In this document: positions 28,384 through 37,339 of the stretch, in pieces
Numbering within the stretch: position 1 is the stretch's first letter
How the letters are laid out: each line of letters starts with the position of its first letter
Assembly (NCBI GenBank): GCA_030646995.1
Contig: JAUSKF010000004.1
Location: 84,404 to 148,403, forward strand
Origin: a bacterium
Lineage (GTDB): Bacteria; Patescibacteriota; Minisyncoccia; UBA6257; WO2-44-18
Length of the DNA stretch: 64,000 nt
Direction: 5' to 3'
Program-made: the position numbers and the translations under genes
The notes under the pieces: generated by a model
The model's input: only the letters and a program-made list of their open reading frames with translations
Database searches by the model: none
What the model was told of the DNA's origin: nothing

Positions 28384-28731
28384 TTACTTCACAAACTCAA
28401 TCACCGCCATCGGGGCGGCATCTCTCATGCGGGCCTTGGCCAACTTAGTGATGCGCAAGTAACCGCCGGCGCGATTCTGATAACGAGGCGCGACGTCAAA
28501 ATAAAGCTTCTTGGCAGATTTCTTAGGCAAAGCGGCAAGCAAGCGTCGAAGTGATGCTAATTGCTGCTTTTTGGCGATGGTAACCATTTTTTCCACCATC
28601 GGGCGAATTGCTTTGGCGCGCGCAACCGTAGTCGAAATCTTTTCTTTCATAATCAAATTATTAGCCAATCCTTGCAGGAAAGACTTTCGACGACCCATCG
28701 TACGATTAAATTTTCGCGCGTGCTTTGCCAT
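28384..28731 (-). CDS. rplQ: 50S ribosomal protein L17
   Basis: MAKHARKFNRTMGRRKS... canonical L17. Confidence 0.95.
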   Translation of the reverse strand: MAKHARKFNRTMGRRKSFLQGLANNLIMKEKISTTVARAKAIRPMVEKMVTIAKKQQLASLRRLLAALPKKSAKKLYFDVAPRYQNRAGGYLRITKLAKARMRDAAPMAVIEFVK

Positions 28732-28757
28732 TGTAGTATATTTCTATTATTTAAATG

Positions 28758-28771
28758 TTTAAATATTTAAA
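28758..28771. promoter_or_regulatory. palindromic TTTAAATATTTAAA intergenic motif (2 of 5) upstream of rplQ
   Basis: Exact 14 nt motif in the 45 nt rpoA-rplQ spacer. Confidence 0.4.
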
Positions 28772-28776
28772 CATCT

Positions 28777-29559
28777 TTACTCTTCTTTCTTCTTTTTCTT
28801 AGAGGCCTTTTTCGCTTTCTTTTCCTCTCCTTCTTCTGCAGCAACCGCAGACGCCTCTACTTCTTTGACTTCCACACCGGAAATCTTAACAAAGTGATCC
28901 TGCAAAATATTACTGGACTTTCTCAAAGCGGAAGATGGGGTGATACTGCCGTCGGTTGCGATAATCAAGCGGAGACGGTTGTAGTCAGCGCGCTCCCCTA
29001 CCCGCATATTTTCTACCGAAAAATTTACCTGTACTACCGGAGAGAATAAAGCGTCGATAGCGATAACACCAATCGGCAACTTATCGCTCTTACGGGATTC
29101 AACCGGCAAATAACCCAAACCCTTCTCCACGGTGATTTCCATATCTAATTCAGCATCCTTGCTGGTCAAGGTAGCAATGTGAACGTCGGAGCTAATCAGG
29201 TCAACTTGAGAGTTGGTCTTGATGTCGGACGCAGTCACAACTTTTTCTCCCTTAATCTTTAAAATCAAAACCTGAGGCTCGTCGGTGTGAATTCTAAAGC
29301 GAACTTTTTTCAAATTTAAAGCTACTTCCACCATGTCCTCCTTCACTCCTTCAACGGTAGAAAATTCATGGCTGGCTCCTTTGATTTTTACTTGAGTAAT
29401 CGCGGCGCCCGGAAGAGAAGAAAGCAAAACACGACGCAAAGCATTGCCAAGGGTTAAACCATAGCCACTGTACAATCCCTCAATTTCAAAAACCCCCTCT
29501 TTATCGGTTTCCGAGACCTTTTTGATTCCAACCGTCTCACTTAAATATTGATATTCCAT
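28777..29559 (-). CDS. rpoA: DNA-directed RNA polymerase alpha subunit (N-terminal domain only; no alpha-CTD)
   Basis: Alpha-NTD motifs (GYGLTLGNALRRVLLSSL, DALFSPV); 260 aa ending in an acidic/lysine tail in place of the ~80 aa HhH C-terminal domain. Confidence 0.9.
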   Translation of the reverse strand: MEYQYLSETVGIKKVSETDKEGVFEIEGLYSGYGLTLGNALRRVLLSSLPGAAITQVKIKGASHEFSTVEGVKEDMVEVALNLKKVRFRIHTDEPQVLILKIKGEKVVTASDIKTNSQVDLISSDVHIATLTSKDAELDMEITVEKGLGYLPVESRKSDKLPIGVIAIDALFSPVVQVNFSVENMRVGERADYNRLRLIIATDGSITPSSALRKSSNILQDHFVKISGVEVKEVEASAVAAEEGEEKKAKKASKKKKKEE

Positions 29560-29586
29560 AAGTTTTTTATTCTTTATATTTTACCT

Positions 29587-30201
29587 CTATTTACTATAAA
29601 AGTCAACCACAAGGTTCACATCAAACGGGATGTCGAAATCCTTAGGAGCGGAAAGCATCTTTCCCTCTTGTTTGTCAGCATCGACAGCCAACCAAACCGG
29701 AGCTTCGTATTTCTTTAGTTTTTCTCCCAAATCTTTGAAAAGCGGGTGTTCTTTAGACTGCGGACGAATGGAAACAATGTCTCCGGCTCGAAGCTGAATT
29801 GAAGGAATCGTGGCTTTGCGTCCATTCAACATAATATGGCCATGACTAACTAACTGGCGGGCAACGGAACGGGAAGCAGCAAATCCAACGCGATAGACCA
29901 CGTTATCTAAACGGCTTTCCAACAAGCTGATAATCAACGGACCGGTGACGCCGGGGTTACTGGTAGCTCTTTTTACGATCAAACGCATCTGATTCTCACG
30001 AATACCATAGGTATAGCGGATTTTTTGTTTCTCTTTCAGTTGAGTTCCAAATTCAGAAAGCTGTTTGCTAAAAGATTTACCGTGAGCTCCCGGTTTATGC
30101 GGCCTGCGTGAAGTAACGCATTTTGGAGAATTACAACGCTCCGCTTTCAAAAAAAGCTTTGTGCCTAGCGAACGTTCTCTTTTTTCTCGTGTATCAAACA
30201 T
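29587..30201 (-). CDS. rpsD: 30S ribosomal protein S4
   Basis: S4 domain (VSHGHIMLNGRKATIPSIQLRAGDIV). Confidence 0.95.
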   Translation of the reverse strand: MFDTREKRERSLGTKLFLKAERCNSPKCVTSRRPHKPGAHGKSFSKQLSEFGTQLKEKQKIRYTYGIRENQMRLIVKRATSNPGVTGPLIISLLESRLDNVVYRVGFAASRSVARQLVSHGHIMLNGRKATIPSIQLRAGDIVSIRPQSKEHPLFKDLGEKLKKYEAPVWLAVDADKQEGKMLSAPKDFDIPFDVNLVVDFYSK

Positions 30202-30227
30202 GGATGTATATTTTTATAATTTAAAAA

Positions 30228-30241
30228 TTTAAATATTTAAA
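30228..30241. promoter_or_regulatory. palindromic TTTAAATATTTAAA intergenic motif (3 of 5) upstream of rpsD
   Basis: Exact 14 nt motif in the rpsK-rpsD spacer. Confidence 0.4.
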
Positions 30242-30243
30242 CA

Positions 30244-30696
30244 TTAAATGCGGCGGACTTTGGGTGGTCTTGGACCGTTATGCGGAATCGGGGTTACGTC
30301 TTTAATAGAAAGGATATTGAAGCCATGGTTCGCCAAAGTGCGGACCGCGGAATCCCGGCCTCCGCCTACTCCGCTGACTACCACGTGCACATTGACCGGA
30401 CCGGACTTTTTCAACTTCTCAGCAATCACGGCGATTATCTTCGAAGCGGCAAAAGGAGTGGCCTTTTTCGGACCATTGAAACCCAAAGATCCGGCAGTGC
30501 TCCAAGCGAGTATATTACCTTTATCATCCGATACCGAAACTAGGGTGTTGTTGTAGGAAGCTTTGACGAAAACTTTGCCGGTATCAAATTTTTTGGAAAC
30601 CGACTTCTCGCTCGCCTTTGCAACAGCGGCTTCAGTCTTCTGGCCCTCTTTGAGGACTTCTTCGGTGGTTTGTTTTGTTGGTACTTTTTTACCCAT
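30244..30696 (-). CDS. rpsK: 30S ribosomal protein S11
   Basis: GKVFVKASYNNTLVSVSDDKGNILAWSTAGSLGF canonical. Confidence 0.95.
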   Translation of the reverse strand: MGKKVPTKQTTEEVLKEGQKTEAAVAKASEKSVSKKFDTGKVFVKASYNNTLVSVSDDKGNILAWSTAGSLGFNGPKKATPFAASKIIAVIAEKLKKSGPVNVHVVVSGVGGGRDSAVRTLANHGFNILSIKDVTPIPHNGPRPPKVRRI

Positions 30697-30717
30697 GTTG
30701 GTTGTGTATTTTTAGTA

Positions 30718-30731
30718 TTTAAATATTTAAA
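30718..30731. promoter_or_regulatory. palindromic TTTAAATATTTAAA intergenic motif (4 of 5) upstream of rpsK
   Basis: Exact 14 nt motif followed by a partial second copy (cgtttaaatatt). Confidence 0.4.
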
Positions 30732-30741
30732 CGTTTAAATA

Positions 30742-31125
30742 TTATTTCAACTCGTTTTTACGTTTTCCACTGCCAGCGGTCTTACGAACATTGCCACGCA
30801 CAGTGCGGGAGTTAGTCTTCGTCCTTTGGCCACGGACCGGGAGCTTGCGGGAGTGACGCATACCCCGATATGACTGCAAATCTTTCAATAAATTAATGTT
30901 CTGCTTGATGATTTGACGCAACTCACCCTCAACTTTAAAATTTTTCTCTATATGCGCCTGAATCCGGTTTACTTCCTCAGGGGTAAGAGTCTTGGCACGC
31001 TTGCTCGGATCAATTTTTACCTTCTCTAAAGTCTGGATTGCCAGAGTCCGGCCGATGCCGAAAAGATAAGTCAGCGCTATATCAATACGCTTGTTGTCTG
31101 GAATATTTGATCCGGAGATTCTCAT
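30742..31125 (-). CDS. rpsM: 30S ribosomal protein S13
   Basis: MRISGSNIPDNKRIDIALTYLFGIGRT canonical. Confidence 0.95.
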   Translation of the reverse strand: MRISGSNIPDNKRIDIALTYLFGIGRTLAIQTLEKVKIDPSKRAKTLTPEEVNRIQAHIEKNFKVEGELRQIIKQNINLLKDLQSYRGMRHSRKLPVRGQRTKTNSRTVRGNVRKTAGSGKRKNELK

Positions 31126-31143
31126 TGAAGTATATTTTATTAT

Positions 31144-31157
31144 TTAAATATTTAAAG
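31144..31157. promoter_or_regulatory. palindromic TTTAAATATTTAAA intergenic motif (5 of 5) upstream of rpsM
   Basis: Exact 14 nt motif in the rpmJ-rpsM spacer. Confidence 0.4.
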
Positions 31158-31177
31158 ATTTAAACATGGCGCTTCAC

Positions 31178-31291
31178 GCTAGCCCTGCCTCTGCTTATGC
31201 TTCGGGTTTTTGCAAACAACATAAACCCGTCCTTTCCGGCGGGTTGTCTTACAGTTAATGCAAATTACCTTTACGGATGAGCGTACTTTCA
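31178..31291 (-). CDS. rpmJ: 50S ribosomal protein L36 (not in the ORF track; below its length cutoff)
   Basis: Hand translation of the minus strand gives [37 protein letters not shown] (37 aa) with a CxxC...C...H zinc ribbon; sits in the expected infA-rpmJ-rpsM position. Confidence 0.85.
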
Positions 31292-31345
31292 TAAATACAA
31301 AAGATTTAGCAAGTATATACTAATATCGTAAAAAACGCAACTCGC

Positions 31346-31561
31346 TTAAAGACGCCGAATTATCCTAGCTCGAGTGTCCCCATAAGGACTGAATTCCAAC
31401 AGGACCTTATCTCCCGGCAAAATCTTAATATGGTGTATGCGCATTTTGCCTGAAAGATGGGCAAGTACCATTTTATCCGGAGGAACACTGACCCGAAAGG
31501 TGGCCGCCGGCAAAGCCTCTTCTACTCTCCCCTCAAGCACCCTGACGTTCTTTTCTGCCAT
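31346..31561 (-). CDS. infA: translation initiation factor IF-1
   Basis: S1-like OB fold; 71 aa. Confidence 0.95.
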   Translation of the reverse strand: MAEKNVRVLEGRVEEALPAATFRVSVPPDKMVLAHLSGKMRIHHIKILPGDKVLLEFSPYGDTRARIIRRL

Positions 31562-31597
31562 GTTGCGAGTAATTATAGCAAATTATGAGCGGTTAGT

Positions 31598-33145
31598 CTA
31601 ATCAACCGACACCGTAACTTTAGCGAGATTATTCGGAACCTTGGTAACCCAGAAAGGCCAGAGCGAGATGACTGCCGAATCTACATCCTTCATAGCCCCA
31701 ATCAGGCTCTTCAGCTCCACCTCTGACTTACCTAAGAACCGCGCCTTCAGAGCTTCGGCGTCGATATTTTTTGCCACAGAGCTTTTAAAATCAATCGGGA
31801 AGCTTATCCGGCCGGCGGCAAAATCCGCGCGAGCCTTTCCATAACTCAACTCATGACTCTTAATCACATACTCATCTTTTAATTCCTGATTAATCTTTTT
31901 CTCCAGCATCTTCATCATGTCAGCCTCTTTGAAGGCCACCGCATTAATTTGACCATCCGCCTTCACGCTAAAGTTGCCCGCCGAATCAACTTGAGTAATC
32001 ACCTCCTGCTTTAAAATACTAAAACCGGAAGCGCCGTCGATGATTTTAAAATCAGCCGGAATCTTTTTTACCAACTCATCATTCAATAGTTTTTCTAATG
32101 CCTCTGCTACGGCGGTTTTTCCTTTTTTGAGGTCAGCATCGGTCGGAAAAGCGGTCTCTCCGATAAATCCACCGGTCATCGCCGATTTTGATTCACCATA
32201 GAAAGCCTGATATTTTGGCGTGCCTTTAAATCCGGGGATGCTCAAATAACTCACGGGTCCGATATTATATGAAGCCCCTGCCTGATCAGCGACTACCGTA
32301 GCCTCCAAACTTGAAGCCACTATCTTCCCCTCCACAATTTTTGCCGCCGGCACGATAATGCTTTGCGCTAGGCGGAAGATTTTTCCATCCGGAGCGATAA
32401 AGCGGGTAGTTGCTACTAAGGGTTGCGGGTCGGAGCTGTAGGCGTTGAAGATGGTAATGGTACCAGTAGCTTTCTGTTGGACATTCTTCTTTCCGGTAGC
32501 CGGAAAGGAAAGCTGATGGGATTTCTTTTCAGAAAAAGATTGGCCGGGAATGGTAGCGAGCGCCGGATCGATTACCGCTGATTTTTCCGCCCTCACTGAA
32601 TCTTTGTAAGGCCAGACCTGTTTGACGCTCACGATTTTTATCTCCGCGCTAGGAAGCACGGTCGCGGCCACGATGCCCGCAACTACTACAACCGCCAGTA
32701 CTGCTCCCCCGCCGATAAAACCGGTCAGCCGGCCACGAATGCGAGCCGCAATGGGCTTCCGCTGAACCGACTCCACCAGTTTCTTTTTTTTGATATCCGC
32801 CTCTTCATCATCTTCTCGGCTTTTTTTGGAAGAAACGATATCGTAAAACTGGCGGCGAGAACGTGACAAAATCGGGTTCAACGATTCCAACCCCGAAAGA
32901 CTGGCCAACTCAATAACCTTATCATCCACCGATTCAATCACAATTTTCTTTTTCAAAAGCTTTGACTCTCTGGAGATGAGATGGAAATTAGAAAGCGAAT
33001 CAGCCAACTTGGAAAATCGGGGAATACTTAAAACGATTTCTTTGGCGTCGGAATCGATTAATTTTTCTACTACCAAAGCCACCTCATCGCTTTTGCCGAC
33101 GGCGATTTTTTTAATTCGATGGATGTTTGGTTTCGTGGGACTCAT
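31598..33145 (-). CDS. hypothetical membrane-anchored protein (cytoplasmic N-domain, one TM, large extracytoplasmic domain)
   Basis: TM segment GFIGGGAVLAVVVVAGIVAATVL at ~aa 150; no recognised motif. Confidence 0.5.
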   Translation of the reverse strand: MSPTKPNIHRIKKIAVGKSDEVALVVEKLIDSDAKEIVLSIPRFSKLADSLSNFHLISRESKLLKKKIVIESVDDKVIELASLSGLESLNPILSRSRRQFYDIVSSKKSREDDEEADIKKKKLVESVQRKPIAARIRGRLTGFIGGGAVLAVVVVAGIVAATVLPSAEIKIVSVKQVWPYKDSVRAEKSAVIDPALATIPGQSFSEKKSHQLSFPATGKKNVQQKATGTITIFNAYSSDPQPLVATTRFIAPDGKIFRLAQSIIVPAAKIVEGKIVASSLEATVVADQAGASYNIGPVSYLSIPGFKGTPKYQAFYGESKSAMTGGFIGETAFPTDADLKKGKTAVAEALEKLLNDELVKKIPADFKIIDGASGFSILKQEVITQVDSAGNFSVKADGQINAVAFKEADMMKMLEKKINQELKDEYVIKSHELSYGKARADFAAGRISFPIDFKSSVAKNIDAEALKARFLGKSEVELKSLIGAMKDVDSAVISLWPFWVTKVPNNLAKVTVSVD

Positions 33146-33184
33146 ATATTTTTATTTCAGAATGTCGATATATCGAAATTTCAT

Positions 33185-34360
33185 CTAGACAGGCGACAGC
33201 CAACGTACCCGTCGCTTAGCCATCTGGCTCATCCGATCGTCTTGCGGGGCAAGGTACCATTCCAAAACATTCGCAAGTAGGCCGAAGGAATTCTTAGACT
33301 GGGCTGTATGCTTAAATTTTATATCAAAGCCGAAGTTTTTGCTAATTATGTCAAGGTCAAGAAGCCGTAATTGGGCCGGCTTACCAAGCTCACCGCGAAA
33401 ATTCGCCACAAACATCGCCGGCAGGTCAAAGGACGGGTTTACAAATACCAAATTGGTATCCATTTTTTTAATCGCCTGTCCGATACCGTTAGCCAACATC
33501 TGTAATTCCCGGCCGAGCAAAGCCTCAACTCGCCGCTTGAAAGTTACAGAAATAAAACCTTGATTATACAAGCCAATAACTTTGGCCGCGGTCTCAGAAT
33601 CCACGGAAAGATCGGCGGCCAAAGAAGCATTAAGGTTATTTTCTCCCCAAGGGAAATGATCCCAATAAGAATTTTGCGATCCGGAGGAGGCAAACATTAA
33701 AGTTTTTCCGGGAAAAATGTTGGCTACGGCAAAATTTTCCGCCGCCTCTGATTTAGCAATTACGTTAGCCCAAGCCGTGCCGTTCTCCGAAATAAACACC
33801 ACCTGATTGATCGGCAGGGAATCTTTCAATGACTCGGCGAATTGCCGCAGTAAAAAAGTTTGGCTGAAAAGAATTTCTACCGTCTTCGCCTTGAATCCAA
33901 CCGGATTCACTACCTTGTGCCCATCTAATCGCACTCCCCGGATTTTCACGTCCGACAGCACTACGTCGAGATCGCTAGTTGACATTTTTACGGCCACCCT
34001 ACTCCGCTGACGATCAAAAAATTTCCAGATTGCTTGAGAGATAAGATTGTCCAACTCCGGCTCATCGATAAGCTCCTTGAAACGATCACGCACTAGAACT
34101 ACGGAAGAATAAATAGTAGTAGCTAAATGCGAGTCTAATCCCAAAATTATTTTGTATTGCGCCAGCCGGCCGAACTTTTTCAGAAGCTTTTTGAGGTCCG
34201 GGCCGGTATGCGTTTTAATGAATTTGAGTTCTTTATTATCAAAATTAGCTTTTATATAGGCCACCCGATTGCTATTCTCCAGAATTTCGACGACCAAAAA
34301 CCTATCATCCTTTCCTCTCAATAACGACGACAGTTTTGTTTTTAGTAGGTTAAAATCCAT
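33185..34360 (-). CDS. hypothetical protein, possibly divergent actin-like (FtsA/PilM-type) ATPase
   Basis: Size and alternating beta/alpha pattern; weak resemblance only. Confidence 0.35.
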   Translation of the reverse strand: MDFNLLKTKLSSLLRGKDDRFLVVEILENSNRVAYIKANFDNKELKFIKTHTGPDLKKLLKKFGRLAQYKIILGLDSHLATTIYSSVVLVRDRFKELIDEPELDNLISQAIWKFFDRQRSRVAVKMSTSDLDVVLSDVKIRGVRLDGHKVVNPVGFKAKTVEILFSQTFLLRQFAESLKDSLPINQVVFISENGTAWANVIAKSEAAENFAVANIFPGKTLMFASSGSQNSYWDHFPWGENNLNASLAADLSVDSETAAKVIGLYNQGFISVTFKRRVEALLGRELQMLANGIGQAIKKMDTNLVFVNPSFDLPAMFVANFRGELGKPAQLRLLDLDIISKNFGFDIKFKHTAQSKNSFGLLANVLEWYLAPQDDRMSQMAKRRVRWLSPV

Positions 34361-34431
34361 CCATTTTTAGGTGGAGGTCACTTAAGTTAAGTATACCATC
34401 TCAAACACCAGTATTTACGCGCTACTCGAGC

Positions 34432-36195
34432 CTATTCTACAATTCCCCTGATACGGCGAACTCCAGCGGAAACTGCCTCTTCTTTGGCAATCTTAAACTT
34501 CCCTATCGTTAGGGTGTTAGACACGTGGGGACCGCCGCAGAATTCTTTGGAAAATGCCGAAGGAATATCGTGGCCGACATAATAAACCTTCACGCGCTCG
34601 GGGTATTTATCCAAAAAGAAATGGAGCGCCCCGGTTTTCGCGCCTTCTTCTTTCGCCATCTCCTCAAAACCCACCGGCAGGTCTTTCTGGATCTGCTCAT
34701 TCACTAAGTCCTCCACTTCTTTAATTTCTTCGACTGTCAGCTTCCGCGGGAAGATAAAATCAAAACGAGTACGCTCTACGGTGATATCAGAGCCTTTTTG
34801 CTGAACTTCATTGCCCAAAACTTTCCGAAGCGCCGCCTGCATCAAATGAGTCGCAGTGTGCAAACGAGTTACTTTCTTTAATTCCTCGGCGTCTTTCGCT
34901 TTCAATTCTCCAGTGTCCAGAAGCAGACCATGACCGCCGAATTTCTTTTCTACGCCCGCGCGAGAAATTTCTTGATGCTTTTTAAATTCTTCATCAAACT
35001 CGGTGCGATCCAATCCCTTGCTCGCCTCCGGAGCCAACTCTTTAATCAACTCAAATGGCAGACCGAAAGTTTCGTAAAGATAAAAGCCTTCTTTAGAACT
35101 GATGGCGGGGTATTTTTTAATTTCTTTCACGCCGAGCGCGATTGCCTGCTCGAACTTATCTTTCTCCGCCTCCAAGACCTCCAAAATCCTCAACTCTTTA
35201 ACTTCCGGATAAATATTGCCGAATTTTTCTTTCACCCACTCCACCGCCATCCCAAAGAGATTCCCGTGAACATCGTGGATGGTCTGATAAGCCAAAACGC
35301 GGCGAAGTAGGCGACGCAAAATATATCCTGCCTCTTTATTAGAGGGACGCACGCCGTCGGCGACCAAGAAAATGGAGGAGCGAAGATGGTCGGCGAGAAT
35401 ACGAACAACTCGATCTTCAATTCCCGGCGCCATCTCGCGGATCTTGGCGATTAGATCGCTGAAAACATCTGTCTCAAAAACACTCGGCGCGCCCTGCATC
35501 ACCGTTACCAACCGCTCAAAGCCCATGCCGGTATCAATGCCAGGGGTTTTCAAATTTTCCAGAGTCTTGTCGGACTTTTGGTAGAACTGATTGAAAACAT
35601 TGTTCCAAATCTCCACCCCCTCGCCTTTTTTCGCCTCCTCGGCAGTCTTAGCTACATAAATTTCAGTGGTCGGCCCGCAAGGACCTTCACTGCCGGTTGG
35701 ACCCCAGAAATTGTCGGCTCGGCCACGTTTAAATATTTTCTCCACCGGCATGCCGAGTTCTTTGTGCCAGATATCAAAAGATTCGTGATCATATGGAACT
35801 GCTCCCTCCCCGGCAAACACGGTGACATAAACCAATTCCGGATTCACTCCGAGAACTTTCGTGACATATTCATACGCCCAATGAATCGCTTCTTTTTTGA
35901 AATAACCGCCAAAAGAAAAATTGCCGAGCATTTCAAAAAAAGTGAGATGAGTTTTATCGCCGACTTCATCAATATCGGAAGTGCGGAAACATTTCTGGAC
36001 AGAAGTCGTACTTAAACTGCCGAAATCTTTTTGCGCGTTCAGTTCTCCGATAAAATATGGCTTGAACTGCTGCATACCGGCAGTCGTCAAAAGCACCGAG
36101 GGGTCGGTTGGCAACAATGACGAAGACGGCACGACAGCGTGCCCTTTGGACTTGAAGAAGTCCAGAAATGATTTACGAATCTCCTCGGAGGTCAT
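34432..36195 (-). CDS. alaS: alanine--tRNA ligase (catalytic + editing domains; lacks C-terminal C-Ala domain)
   Basis: N-terminal class II core (FLDFFKSKGH, TTAGMQQFKPYF); editing-domain HTATHLMQAALRKVLG and CGGPHV zinc motif. Confidence 0.9.
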   Translation of the reverse strand: MTSEEIRKSFLDFFKSKGHAVVPSSSLLPTDPSVLLTTAGMQQFKPYFIGELNAQKDFGSLSTTSVQKCFRTSDIDEVGDKTHLTFFEMLGNFSFGGYFKKEAIHWAYEYVTKVLGVNPELVYVTVFAGEGAVPYDHESFDIWHKELGMPVEKIFKRGRADNFWGPTGSEGPCGPTTEIYVAKTAEEAKKGEGVEIWNNVFNQFYQKSDKTLENLKTPGIDTGMGFERLVTVMQGAPSVFETDVFSDLIAKIREMAPGIEDRVVRILADHLRSSIFLVADGVRPSNKEAGYILRRLLRRVLAYQTIHDVHGNLFGMAVEWVKEKFGNIYPEVKELRILEVLEAEKDKFEQAIALGVKEIKKYPAISSKEGFYLYETFGLPFELIKELAPEASKGLDRTEFDEEFKKHQEISRAGVEKKFGGHGLLLDTGELKAKDAEELKKVTRLHTATHLMQAALRKVLGNEVQQKGSDITVERTRFDFIFPRKLTVEEIKEVEDLVNEQIQKDLPVGFEEMAKEEGAKTGALHFFLDKYPERVKVYYVGHDIPSAFSKEFCGGPHVSNTLTIGKFKIAKEEAVSAGVRRIRGIVE

Positions 36196-36324
36196 TCAAT
36201 GATTTTATAGATTCCAAAGACAATTCTCAAGTTAATACAATATGGTAATCCTACGCTACGCTCAGGATTGCTACTGCTAACCAAATTTTCTGCTTCTTTG
36301 AATTGAAAATTTGGAGCAGTAGGT

Positions 36325-36358
36325 AAAAAAATCCCCTCCGGTTTTTACACCGAAGGGG
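36325..36358 (-). terminator. rho-independent terminator of GC-rich cassette
   Basis: Read on the minus strand: CCCCTTCGGtgtaaaaaCCGGAGGGG followed by attttttt, immediately 3' of the stop at 36380. Confidence 0.5.
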
Positions 36359-36379
36359 AACTGGCCTCGTGAACTATGC

Positions 36380-36799
36380 CTACACGAGCATGTATTTGAC
36401 GGCGGTCTCCATCACCAGCGACGCCGCCTTCAGGCTAGTGAGCCGGAGCTCACCCACCCAGAAGATCGGGGTGCCGGAGTACGACAGTTGGATCTTCAGC
36501 TCCTGCTGAAGAACCAACTCCTCCCCGGTCGGCATCTGGATACGATACTCCAGAATGCCGGTCGGGATATCCCCGAACGCGCTCTCTTCGGGCGCGCACC
36601 GGAGGTTGGCCATGACCCGCACTCCGCTCTCAAAGAAGAGAACGAAGTCCGGGTCGCACTTCAGCGCCCGCTCGACACCCTCCACGATGGAGGGCGCCAG
36701 CTTCTGGATCTCCGCGAATTCCTTCGCGAAGGTCCGCCCCGCCGGGGAAAGCTCCGACAACGACCTGACTGCCCGTCTGCTCGTCGTGGTGTTGCTCAT
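36380..36799 (-). CDS. hypothetical protein (139 aa), GC-rich cassette gene
   Basis: ORF with downstream terminator; ~60% GC against a ~45% core. Confidence 0.5.
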   Translation of the reverse strand: MSNTTTSRRAVRSLSELSPAGRTFAKEFAEIQKLAPSIVEGVERALKCDPDFVLFFESGVRVMANLRCAPEESAFGDIPTGILEYRIQMPTGEELVLQQELKIQLSYSGTPIFWVGELRLTSLKAASLVMETAVKYMLV

Positions 36800-36875
36800 A
36801 ACTTTTCTCCTTGAGTAGAATTTCTTGATTAGGCGATCGATCCGCGATGGACCGATCTAGCCCCGGAACCGGCGA

Positions 36876-37259
36876 CTACAGCATACGCAGGCGACCCGCC
36901 ACCGTGATGGCAATAATCACCGGCTTGACCTCCGGCCCACGATTCATCCGGTAGGCCCACTCTCCGGAACTGGTGTTCCGGACCCTGACCGTACACGCGC
37001 CCGACGGCGTTCTAGTGCTATCGGGTTTCAGGATCCAAACCCCAATCTCCAGCTGGAGATTGGCGCCGTGGCCGGTCTGGAAGCTCGAAAAGACGAGCTT
37101 CGATTTCAATCGGCCACCAACCTTCAGAAGATCGTCGATCTGCTCGACGATTTTCTGTTTCAGCCGCCCCCAGCCCGTCATGAGCTGGTGCTGAACCTCG
37201 TCGGCGGCAATGCCAATCCGAGGCCGGTCGTAGAGCGTAAAGCATGTGTTGACGGCCAT
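36876..37259 (-). CDS. hypothetical protein (127 aa), GC-rich cassette gene
   Basis: AGGAGGAGG RBS; promoter TTGACA-17-TAGACT upstream, inside the repeat. Confidence 0.5.
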   Translation of the reverse strand: MAVNTCFTLYDRPRIGIAADEVQHQLMTGWGRLKQKIVEQIDDLLKVGGRLKSKLVFSSFQTGHGANLQLEIGVWILKPDSTRTPSGACTVRVRNTSSGEWAYRMNRGPEVKPVIIAITVAGRLRML

Positions 37260-37339
37260 ACACCTCCTCCTAAATTAGTTTTCAAGGTTAAGCTTAGATC
37301 ACCTCAATCCAAGCCAAGAAAGTCTAGCATACTTGAGCC

